Under the pieces are notes generated by a model, which saw only the letters and a program-made list of their open reading frames with translations, was not told the origin of the DNA and did no database searches. A program made the translations under genes and the position numbers. DNA of 62,706 bases from Myxococcota bacterium. GTDB taxonomy: Bacteria; Myxococcota_A; UBA796; SXON01. The stretch lies in contig JAZKFH010000024.1 in assembly GCA_040386535.1 (NCBI GenBank), positions 159,147 through 221,852 on the forward strand, read 5' to 3'. Below are positions 28,927 to 36,991 of this stretch, piece by piece (positions within the stretch are counted from its first letter, which is position 1; each line of letters opens with the position of its first letter).

Positions 28927-30258
28927 CTACTCGCGGTAGAGGAAGCTCGGCCCGAGGTACGAGAGGTCGGTGGCCGGCCCGATGTCCGTGGGGAACGTGA
29001 GCCAGTACTCGTCGCTCCGGCGCGGCTCGACGTAGGTGACCGCCGCGCCGGTGGCGCCCACCCCGCCGGTGGCGTAGGCGTTGCCGTCCGTGCGCCAGAT
29101 CATCAGGCCGATGGTGTAGTCGCCCGGCGGCAGGGCGATGGGCTCGACCGCGGCGTACCAGAAGCCGTCCCGCCACGTGGTGGCGACCTCGAAGCGCCCC
29201 GGCACCGTGCCGGTGGCCAGCAGCGCCTGCGTGGTGGTGTCCCAGATGCCGTACACGGGCGCGACGTGGAAGGTGGCCTCGGCGAAGCCGCCCACGTCGG
29301 TCACGACGATGGGGCGGTCCGTGGTGAAGCGCCAGCCGACCGTGGCGTCGCCGTCCTCGACCGTGGCGTAGTCGCTGATCGCCATCGCGGCGGTCGGCGG
29401 CGCGGAGAGGGGCTCGCCGAGCAGCGCCTGGGCGAAGCGCTCCCCGAGGACGCGCATGCTGGGCCCGTCGTAGTGGATCGCGTCAGCGCCCAGGGGCAGG
29501 TCGTACGTCTCGACCGCGATGACGTTCGGATCGGCGTCCGCCACCGCCACTTGCGCCGCGCGCACGTCGTCGAACAGCTCGCACATGTCGCCACACGCGA
29601 TGAGCCCGAGGACCGTCGGGAGCGCGGGCGTTTTGGCGTGCTCACGCACCCGTGCCACGAGCTGGGTGAGGTTGGCCTCGTACGCCGCCGCGCTCGCGGC
29701 GTAGCGCGCGTCGGTCTCGCCCTGCATCCACACGAACCCCGCCCAGCGCCACGGCGTGCCCGTGGCGTCGAGCTCGAGGGCCGCGGCGTCCATCGTGGCC
29801 ATGAGGAGGCGCCACCCCTCGCCATTGTCCGGGTCGTCCTCCGCGGCGTTCCAATAGGTGTAGAGGCTCGTGGCGCCGATGCCGAACTTCACCAGCGCGA
29901 CGGCGCCGCCCGCGTCCGCCATCGTGCGGCCGAAGGTGACCTCGGGCCCCGTGTACGCCGCGCCCGCGCTCGACGCCGGGGCGAGCGCCGCGAACGAGCC
30001 GCGCTCGGACCAGAAGAGCGGCACGTCGGGCTGGGCGACGCGGAGCGAGGGCGGCAGCCCGGTGAGCAGGGAATAGCCGTCCATGTTGGATTGGCCGGCG
30101 AGCAGGTACACGTCGAGCACCTCGGGCGCGAACGTGAGCGGCTCGGCGGTGTCGCCATCGGGTTGCGGCCGCTCGTCGGCGAGGCAGACCGTGCTCTCCT
30201 GGTGGGTGCCGGGGCCGCAGGTCAGGACGGGGGCACACGCATGAAGGAGCATGAGCAT
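28927..30258 (-). CDS. Sialate O-acetylesterase (SASA/DUF303, SGNH) with C-terminal beta-sandwich domain
   Basis: LAGQSNM, GPEVTFG, WMQGETD, DAIHY; C-terminal TVGWRFT...VTDVG; start MLMLLHAC at 30258. Confidence 0.87.
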   Translation of the reverse strand: MLMLLHACAPVLTCGPGTHQESTVCLADERPQPDGDTAEPLTFAPEVLDVYLLAGQSNMDGYSLLTGLPPSLRVAQPDVPLFWSERGSFAALAPASSAGAAYTGPEVTFGRTMADAGGAVALVKFGIGATSLYTYWNAAEDDPDNGEGWRLLMATMDAAALELDATGTPWRWAGFVWMQGETDARYAASAAAYEANLTQLVARVREHAKTPALPTVLGLIACGDMCELFDDVRAAQVAVADADPNVIAVETYDLPLGADAIHYDGPSMRVLGERFAQALLGEPLSAPPTAAMAISDYATVEDGDATVGWRFTTDRPIVVTDVGGFAEATFHVAPVYGIWDTTTQALLATGTVPGRFEVATTWRDGFWYAAVEPIALPPGDYTIGLMIWRTDGNAYATGGVGATGAAVTYVEPRRSDEYWLTFPTDIGPATDLSYLGPSFLYRE

Positions 30259-30348
30259 CGCGCGCGAACGTAGCCCAGCGGCGGGGTTTGCCGAAGGACA
30301 ATGTGCTCCGCCCCGAAGCGTCACGCTCCACACCGGCTACGCTGGGGC

Positions 30349-31017
30349 ATGGTCACCGCCCGCATCGCCCTGGTCCTGCTCCTCGCGCTCGCTTGCGCGG
30401 GAAAGGTGACCGTCGACGACACGGGCGCCGCGGACACCTCACCCGTCGACACCGACACCGACGCCGACGCCGATACCGACGCGGACACCGACGCGGACAC
30501 CGACACGCTCCCCGCCGATCGCGACGGGGACGGCGCAATCGAGGCCGAGGACTGCGACGACACCGACCGGGCCGTGTTCCCCGGGGCACCGGAGACCTGG
30601 GACGACGTGGACAGCGACTGCGACGGCGTCGTGGACGGCGACGGGGCCTGGTCGGGCGCTGTCGCCCTCAACGCGAGCGCCGTGTACGAGGGCCGCCGCT
30701 ACAACTTCTCGCTCACGTGCCCGTTCGCCGGCACGCGTACCCTCGGCCAGCTCGACTTCACCGTCACGTGCACGACCGACCCCACCGACGAGGACGACCA
30801 GCGCCTCCTCGGCGCCACCCTGATCGTGACGCCCGAGGACCACGACGTGAGCGGCGAGCGATGGGAGGACAGCGTCGAGTTCACGTCCGCGAACGGCTGG
30901 GACAGCGACGGCGAGGGCTCGATCGTGTGGTCGGACGTCGATACCGCCGAGATCCGCGTGGAGATGAGCGGCGTGTCGCTCACGGCGGCGGGGAGCGGGT
31001 CGATCACGCGGGACTGA
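30349..31017 (+). CDS. Lipoprotein with Asp/Thr tether and MopE-type putative metal-binding motif
   Basis: LLLALAC lipobox; DRDGDG...DCDD.D..VFPGA.E..D.VDSDCDGVVD. Confidence 0.83.
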   Translation: MVTARIALVLLLALACAGKVTVDDTGAADTSPVDTDTDADADTDADTDADTDTLPADRDGDGAIEAEDCDDTDRAVFPGAPETWDDVDSDCDGVVDGDGAWSGAVALNASAVYEGRRYNFSLTCPFAGTRTLGQLDFTVTCTTDPTDEDDQRLLGATLIVTPEDHDVSGERWEDSVEFTSANGWDSDGEGSIVWSDVDTAEIRVEMSGVSLTAAGSGSITRD

Positions 31018-31066
31018 CGGTCGGGTGTCTCCGGGCGTTGCGGGGCGGGCCCCGCCCCAAGAAACC

Positions 31067-32422
31067 CTAGCTCCGAACCACCGAATCGAACGTGTTCCCG
31101 CGCAGCTTCTTGAGCCGCGTGCGCACGTCGTACATCGCGTGCGCGCCCGCCTGGATGCCGGCGACCGCGTATTGGAGCAGCCCGGGGTTCCAGAACTGGC
31201 CCTCGACGAGCTGGTGGTCCTTGTCGACCAGGCCGGTCTCCTTGGCGAGCTCGAACAGGCGCGTGTGTGGGTAGATGCGGATGGGCTGCATCATCAGGAG
31301 CGTGAAGAGGCGGAGCTGCGGGCCCAATTCCATTCGCGCGTGCACGAGGAACTTCAGGATCGCGTAGAGCGACTTCGTGTCCTCGCCCGGCGAGTTGAGG
31401 AAGAAGCTGTATTCCACGTCCATCCCGTGCTTCTTGGCGATCTGCACGGTGTAGAGCATGTCCTCGTAGCGGAAGTTCTTGTCGAGGTTCTTGAGCATCC
31501 GATCGTCGACATGATCGGGGCTGAAGCTCAACAAGCCGCAGCCCGCCTTCTTGAGCCACACCATCAGCTCGTCCGGGAGCGTGTTGCGATGCTCGTTGAA
31601 CCAGGCCGACCACTTGATGTCGAGCCCACGCGCCACGATCTCCTTGCAGATGTTGATCGCGTGCGACGCCGGGATGTTGAAGATCTGGTCGCAGAAGAAC
31701 ATCTGCCGGACGCCGTGATCGCGCACGAGGGCCTCGATCTCGTCCACCACGTCCTTCGGGTCGCGCATCCGGACGCGGTGGCCGAGCAGGAACGTGTCCG
31801 AACAGTGGATGCAGTGCAACGAGCAGCCCCGCTTGGCCTGCACGCCCACGCTCACGAAGGAGGAGGCGAGGTAGGGGGCGTGCGACACGAGGTCACGACG
31901 GGGATGGCGGAGGTTCTTCCACTCCTCGCCCGGCGGCCGGCCGGTGTAGTGCACCGCGCCGTCCCGACGGTAGTAGACGCCCTTGATCCGCTCCGGGTGC
32001 TCGAGATCGGCGAGGAGCGCGGGGAGGCGATTCTCGGCCTCGCCCCACACGCCGATGTCGACCTCGGGGAGCCGCTCCATCATGATCTCGGAGTACAACG
32101 AGAACGCCGTGCCCCCCGCGACGATGGTGACCTCGGGGGCGATCTTCTTGATGAGCCGGACGGTCTCCTGCTGGGGCTGGAAATCGTCCGTGTGGAGGTG
32201 GGGCATGCCCACCTTCATGTTGCGGAGCGAGATCCCGACGACCGTGGGGCGGAAGGCGCGCAGCTCGGCTTCGAGCGCCGGGAACGGTGCGTCGCGATGC
32301 AGGTTCACATCGAAGATGCGGACCTCGTGCTGGTCGAGGTGGGCGGCGAGGTAGGCGAGCCCGAGCGGGTAGACCAGCTCCATGTCGAGGGCGGTGAAAG
32401 CCTGGACGAGCAGGACGCGCAT
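31067..32422 (-). CDS. B12-binding domain radical SAM protein
   Basis: YPLGLAYLAA, GISLRN, GEAE, RGCSLHCIHC (CxxxCxxC), IRIYPHT. Confidence 0.92.
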   Translation of the reverse strand: MRVLLVQAFTALDMELVYPLGLAYLAAHLDQHEVRIFDVNLHRDAPFPALEAELRAFRPTVVGISLRNMKVGMPHLHTDDFQPQQETVRLIKKIAPEVTIVAGGTAFSLYSEIMMERLPEVDIGVWGEAENRLPALLADLEHPERIKGVYYRRDGAVHYTGRPPGEEWKNLRHPRRDLVSHAPYLASSFVSVGVQAKRGCSLHCIHCSDTFLLGHRVRMRDPKDVVDEIEALVRDHGVRQMFFCDQIFNIPASHAINICKEIVARGLDIKWSAWFNEHRNTLPDELMVWLKKAGCGLLSFSPDHVDDRMLKNLDKNFRYEDMLYTVQIAKKHGMDVEYSFFLNSPGEDTKSLYAILKFLVHARMELGPQLRLFTLLMMQPIRIYPHTRLFELAKETGLVDKDHQLVEGQFWNPGLLQYAVAGIQAGAHAMYDVRTRLKKLRGNTFDSVVRS

Positions 32423-32489
32423 CGGCGGATCGTAGCCCGGCGCGACGGAGACCGGCCCTGGTATGCCTGTGCGAGCGGCTACAGCTTGA

Positions 32490-32533
32490 GGACCGCGGGA
32501 GGATCGCGGGGGGACCGCGGGGGGACCGCGGCG
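32490..32533. repeat. Four tandem 11-bp repeats GGAYCGCGG(G/C)(G/A)
   Basis: Units start at 32490, 32501, 32512 and 32523. Confidence 0.8.
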
Positions 32534-32542
32534 AACCCCAGG

Positions 32543-33928
32543 TCAGCCGACGCGGGCGCCCGTGGCCGAGATGATGAGCGGACGAACCCGGAGGTCGTGC
32601 TCGGTCCCGCGCGCCTTGAGCACCGTGATCGTGCGGCACATCGCGCCGACCTTCACCTCGTTGCTGAGGAGGACGATGTTGTCGGCCATGTAGCTGAAGC
32701 GCCCGCCCGGCGTGGTCTGCTGGTCGGCGGCGCCGTCGGACTCGAACGTGAGGATGCTGGTGACCCCGCGCACGGCGAACTGCTGGGTCAGCGCGTACAG
32801 GTAGTTGTGGAGCCGCTGGGGGTCACTGGAGGCGACCACGAGATCGCCCACGGCGTCGATGACCACACGCTCGATCCCTTCGGCGGCGATGCGCTGGAAC
32901 ATCGTCACGATGAGGCTGTCGATCTGGAGCTCGACCGGGGACGCATACATCAGGTACAGCCCGCGGGCGCGCGCTTCCTCGATGGGGACCCCGAGGTTGC
33001 GCATCGAGCGCGCCACCATGGTCGGGTTCTCCTGGAAGTTGACGTACAGGCTGCGCTGGCCCTGCCGCAGGCCCTCGAGCGCGAACTGGAGCGCGATGGT
33101 GCTCTTGCCCGCGCCGGTCGGGCCGGCGAGCATCGTCATGCTGCCGCGCCAGAGCCCGCCGCCCACGAGCGCGTCCAGCCCGTCCACGCCGGTGTTCAGG
33201 CGCGTCTCCTGGAGCTCGAACCCCTCGGGCAGGTCGGGCGAGACCAGCCGCGGGTAGATCTCGAGGCCATCCGACGTGATCTTGAAGCCGTGCAGCCCCT
33301 CGAGGTACCGGCTGCCCCGCAGCTTCAGCACGCGGAGGAACCGCTCGTCCCGCGTGCTCAGCGGGTTGCGGAGCATCTGCACGATGCCGTCGGCCACGGC
33401 GAACTCGGGCAGGGTCTGCGCGTCCTCGTCGCGGTACTCGCCCAGGAGGAACGCGGTCGTGTCGTACGCGGTGAGCATGCCGGAGAGCTCGTAGAGCATC
33501 CGCCGCAGCTCGGGCATGCTCGGCGACAGATCGTGGAGCGCCTTGAACGAGTCGATGACGATGATCTTCGGCGAGTTCGCAAGGATGGTCTCGGCGATCG
33601 CGGACAACAACGCCCGGATGCCGTCCTTCGCGAGCTGGGGGCCGATGTCGTCGTAGATGACCTGGCTGCCCATCTTCGTGTCGTCGTAGAAGGAGAAGCG
33701 CTGCAGGTACGTGAGGACCTTCGCGAGCGGCTCCGACATGGTCGTCAGGTACACGATCGGCCGATCGTCCGACGCGTTGGAGAAGACCAGCTGCTCGGCG
33801 AACAGGCTCTTTCCGGTGCCCGGGAGGCCCATGATCACGTTGATGGAGTTCTTGGGGAACCCTCCACCCAGGATCTCGTCGGCGCGCGGGTTGCCGGAGG
33901 TGATGCGATCGTCGGGAATCAAGTGCAT
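32543..33928 (-). CDS. KaiC-like double-domain RecA-superfamily ATPase
   Basis: Two P-loops (GLPGTGKS, GPTGAGKS), LRVLKLRG, EIYPRL, TGVDGLD, VLKARGTEHD. Confidence 0.92.
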   Translation of the reverse strand: MHLIPDDRITSGNPRADEILGGGFPKNSINVIMGLPGTGKSLFAEQLVFSNASDDRPIVYLTTMSEPLAKVLTYLQRFSFYDDTKMGSQVIYDDIGPQLAKDGIRALLSAIAETILANSPKIIVIDSFKALHDLSPSMPELRRMLYELSGMLTAYDTTAFLLGEYRDEDAQTLPEFAVADGIVQMLRNPLSTRDERFLRVLKLRGSRYLEGLHGFKITSDGLEIYPRLVSPDLPEGFELQETRLNTGVDGLDALVGGGLWRGSMTMLAGPTGAGKSTIALQFALEGLRQGQRSLYVNFQENPTMVARSMRNLGVPIEEARARGLYLMYASPVELQIDSLIVTMFQRIAAEGIERVVIDAVGDLVVASSDPQRLHNYLYALTQQFAVRGVTSILTFESDGAADQQTTPGGRFSYMADNIVLLSNEVKVGAMCRTITVLKARGTEHDLRVRPLIISATGARVG

Positions 33929-34314
33929 GTGTCGCCAACCCGGCCCGCTGGAGGAGAGAGGCCACGAAGCGCCTCGACGAGCGCGATCCGCTCGATGGGC
34001 TTCTTGATGAACGCGTCCGCGCCCGAAGTCAGGGCGCGCGCCTCGGCTGCCAACACGCTGAGCACGAGAACCTTGGTCCCGCTGGTGGTCGCATCTCCCT
34101 TGAGGAGGCGGCAGAGCGCCAGCCCGTCGAGCCGCGGGACCATGATCTCGGTCAGCACGATCTCGGGCGGATCACGCCGCGCGTGATCGAGCGCCGCGTA
34201 CCCATCCGCCATGAAGATCGGCTGAAAACCGGCCTCGGGGAGGATGATGTCGAGCAAGTTGCGGACGTGCACATCCCTGTCGACGACGAGGACACGTGGC
34301 GCAGGGGTGTTCAT
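33919..34314 (-). CDS. Stand-alone receiver-domain protein, atypical (Glu at the phosphoacceptor position)
   Basis: VLVVDRD...IVLTEIMVPRLDGLALCR...GADAFIKKP; ATG 34314; overlaps the KaiC-like start. Confidence 0.88.
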   Translation of the reverse strand: MNTPAPRVLVVDRDVHVRNLLDIILPEAGFQPIFMADGYAALDHARRDPPEIVLTEIMVPRLDGLALCRLLKGDATTSGTKVLVLSVLAAEARALTSGADAFIKKPIERIALVEALRGLSPPAGRVGDTCT

Positions 34315-34417
34315 CAAGGGTGTGACCGCGGGGTACCTAACCCATACGCGCGGGGGCCGCGTTTCGTTCGAAGCACGGCCTGCCCGCAGACGCATCGTGA
34401 CGCCGCGAATGTACCGC

Positions 34418-35557
34418 TCATCGGTTGGGGATCGGCAGCGGGGGCCCCTCGGGAAGCTCGAGCAACTCCCACACGAAAAATGCGCCGGGGTTGCCCCGGG
34501 AGGCGTCGAGCGTGTCGAGCGTCGCTCCGATCGAGACGTGCGTGCAGGCCACGCAGAGCAGGTTCGCGAGGTGCCCGGGCGAGGCGAGGACACGTTCCCA
34601 GGCCTCCTCCGCGGTGTCGCCGGTCGCGACGTTTTCGGTGTGCCGGGCGCGGGGGAAGTGGGTGCCGCGCGCCAGCACGGGGACGCCCGGACACGTCGGG
34701 GTCGCGTGCGCCACGACACCGGCCGCGGCGAGGCAGGCGCCGTGGGCGCGCGCGTGGGGCTCGAAGTCGGGGAACCGGGTGAGCGCGGGCAGGCCGGCGG
34801 AGGCCCGCAGGTGGTCGAGCGCCTGGTACAGCAGCGGCAGGTCCGCGACCGGATCGGGCGGCGGCGCGGCGCCGGGGAGCGGCGCGAGCGCGGGCGGAGA
34901 GGTGCCGACGAAGACGGAGAAGAGCAGCGCGACGCGGTCGGCGTCGACCACCTCCACGCGGTGCTCGCCCACGGCGTCGAAGCGGGCCCACCGCGCCACG
35001 CCCGAGGTCAGATCGAGCTCGTCGACCGTGCCGTTCGGGCGCCCGACGAGCAGGCGCGGGCGGGCGGCGCCGTCGACGCGGAGGGCGATCCCCTGGCCGG
35101 GCACGAGATCGCGGGGGACCGGATCGAGGGAGACGCCGCGCGTGGCCCAGCCCACCACCCAGAACCGGCCCCCGTTCGGCAGATCGCGGGAGGCCCACCC
35201 GACGTCGACGGGGGTGCCGCGGGGGAGGGCGGCGAGGAGCGCGGCGGGCGGGGTGGCTCCGGCGTCCCGCACGGCGACGAAGTGGGCGTCCCCCGGGTAG
35301 CCCGCGCGCGCCAGGGCGAGACGGGTGGCGGTGGGGGTGAGGCGGGCCTCGGCCGAGGTCGCGGCGGCGGCGAGCTCCTCCGCGGCGGCGCGGAGGCCAC
35401 GATCGACGCGCGCGTCGGGCCCGAGCGTGGGCAGCGTGTCGCCGGGGCGGAAGGCCACCTGGGGCGCGGAGGTGCGCGGGGCCGAGCGCGGCGCGGCCGT
35501 CGCGGCAGCGGCAAACAACAGAGAAGTCACGACGAGACCGGAGCGGAGGCGCGGCAT
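34418..35557 (-). CDS. Secreted CAP (SCP/PR-1) domain protein
   Basis: Signal peptide from ATG 35557; C-terminal ENVA...SPGHLANLL...HVSIG. Confidence 0.8.
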   Translation of the reverse strand: MPRLRSGLVVTSLLFAAAATAAPRSAPRTSAPQVAFRPGDTLPTLGPDARVDRGLRAAAEELAAAATSAEARLTPTATRLALARAGYPGDAHFVAVRDAGATPPAALLAALPRGTPVDVGWASRDLPNGGRFWVVGWATRGVSLDPVPRDLVPGQGIALRVDGAARPRLLVGRPNGTVDELDLTSGVARWARFDAVGEHRVEVVDADRVALLFSVFVGTSPPALAPLPGAAPPPDPVADLPLLYQALDHLRASAGLPALTRFPDFEPHARAHGACLAAAGVVAHATPTCPGVPVLARGTHFPRARHTENVATGDTAEEAWERVLASPGHLANLLCVACTHVSIGATLDTLDASRGNPGAFFVWELLELPEGPPLPIPNR

Positions 35558-36597
35558 CAACCAGCCCCGAGCACGACCATGTGGACCTCGCCGCCCGCGG
35601 TGTCGACCGCGAGACCGATGTCCGCGAGGTCCCCGATGAGGGCCCCGCGGCCCTCCGGCGACCACCAGATCGAGCCCAGGCACGCCTCGACCGTGGCCCC
35701 ACGGCACTCCGCCGCGCCGACCGGGACCCCGATGAACCCGGCGGACTGGAGCTGGGCGCGCGCGTCCGGGAGCGGCTCGCCGGCGAGGAGGCCGCGCAGC
35801 CGCACGCGGGCGACCGAGTCGAGCGCGGGATCCCGCGCGACCGCGGGGTAGTCGTAGGCGGCGCGCACACGGTTCACGGCCGTGGTGGCGCGGGTAAGCG
35901 CGTCCCCCGTGCCGATCTCGCAGCCGATGGGCGCCAGCTCGGGGGGCCGCTCGTCGACGTAGATCGGGAACGTGGCGATCGCGCCCGCCGCTCCGCGCGC
36001 GCTCACCATCCACTCGCCCGGCACGTTCGCCACGAAGCGGTCGACCACGGAGCGGAGGGCGCCGAGCGGATCACTCACCACCCAGTCCCCGGGGCCGAGG
36101 AGCACCTCGTCCTCCAACGCGACATCCCGCGGAATCGGCGGGAGCTCGCCGCCGCCCCGCGCGCCGACGTGTTCGCCCACGACCAGCACCCAGCGGTCGA
36201 CGTCGCGCCCCCGCGCGCGCACCAGCCCGATGTCCACCGCGCGCCCCTGTTGCTTGCGCGCCTCGGCCACCAGGGTCTCCGGGACCTCGCCTTGTGGCAC
36301 CGACACGCTCGCGCGGGCCAGCAACGGGTACGGGTAGCCGGCGAGCACGGCCATCCAGCGCAGGCGGCACGAATCGACCGTGTCTCCCTCCAGCTCGGCG
36401 AGCGCCGCCGCTGTCGCGACGCCGGAGAGGGTCTCGTCCCACGGCAGACCGTCGCTCACCGCGGCCACGAGCGGATCGCGCGGGATCCCGGGCGAGCGCG
36501 TGTACCGATCGGCGCGCGGCGCGGGCAACACGGGCGTCACGTCGGGGTCGACGCGGAGCGCGCCGGTGGTCGCGCAGGCGACGAGCAAAAGCAGCAT
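35557..36597 (-). CDS. Lipoprotein, degenerate CAP-domain paralog of the downstream gene
   Basis: MLLLLVAC; shares AGYP, VD(I/V)G, P(I/V)PRD and PP.LAP with the neighbour; VNRVRA..DPALDSVAR..WWSPEGR. Confidence 0.78.
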   Translation of the reverse strand: MLLLLVACATTGALRVDPDVTPVLPAPRADRYTRSPGIPRDPLVAAVSDGLPWDETLSGVATAAALAELEGDTVDSCRLRWMAVLAGYPYPLLARASVSVPQGEVPETLVAEARKQQGRAVDIGLVRARGRDVDRWVLVVGEHVGARGGGELPPIPRDVALEDEVLLGPGDWVVSDPLGALRSVVDRFVANVPGEWMVSARGAAGAIATFPIYVDERPPELAPIGCEIGTGDALTRATTAVNRVRAAYDYPAVARDPALDSVARVRLRGLLAGEPLPDARAQLQSAGFIGVPVGAAECRGATVEACLGSIWWSPEGRGALIGDLADIGLAVDTAGGEVHMVVLGAG

Positions 36598-36694
36598 GAT
36601 CCGCGAGGCCTATCCGGCGGTCACAGCGCGGGCGCGTCCCCATTTGTGAAGGTGGGGGCGAGCGGGTTAGAGGCCCCTCCCCTCGAGGTACGAC

Positions 36695-36970
36695 ATGGCG
36701 GATGTGGAAGTGGTCGGCGCGGAGTTCGTGGACGGTCGGGTCAAGACCCTGCGCGTGCGGTTCAAGCACACCACCGAGCGCGTGATCGATCGCGCCACCA
36801 GCCTCGCGTGGCTGGCCGACGGGCACTCGCTCCTCACCTACGCCGGCTCCGCCCACCACGGCCAGCGCGGCTACGCCATCGAGCGCGTCGAGGTAGCCGG
36901 CGAGCCTTTCCTGCGCACGGACACCAAGCCCGTCGCGATGGACGAGCTGCACTTCCCGAAGGCGCACTGA
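36695..36970 (+). CDS. Small protein, DUF3892-like
   Basis: SD GAGG; C-terminal V.V.GE.FLRTD....D.L pattern resembles DUF3892. Confidence 0.65.
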   Translation: MADVEVVGAEFVDGRVKTLRVRFKHTTERVIDRATSLAWLADGHSLLTYAGSAHHGQRGYAIERVEVAGEPFLRTDTKPVAMDELHFPKAH

Positions 36971-36991
36971 CCCGAGGGCACCGCGGGGCGT

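Noticed and set aside
32543..33928. Circadian clock locus
   Set aside because: No kaiA or kaiB in the window and the phosphosite reads SY rather than ST; KaiC-like signalling ATPases are widespread.
31025..34186. Long antisense/alternate-frame ORFs (also 548..2626-, 39257..42451+, most of 49863..53621-, 59774..62635-)
   Set aside because: Shadow ORFs typical of high-GC DNA, lying opposite motif-supported genes. Only the distal parts of some (e.g. 49863..50630) are real.
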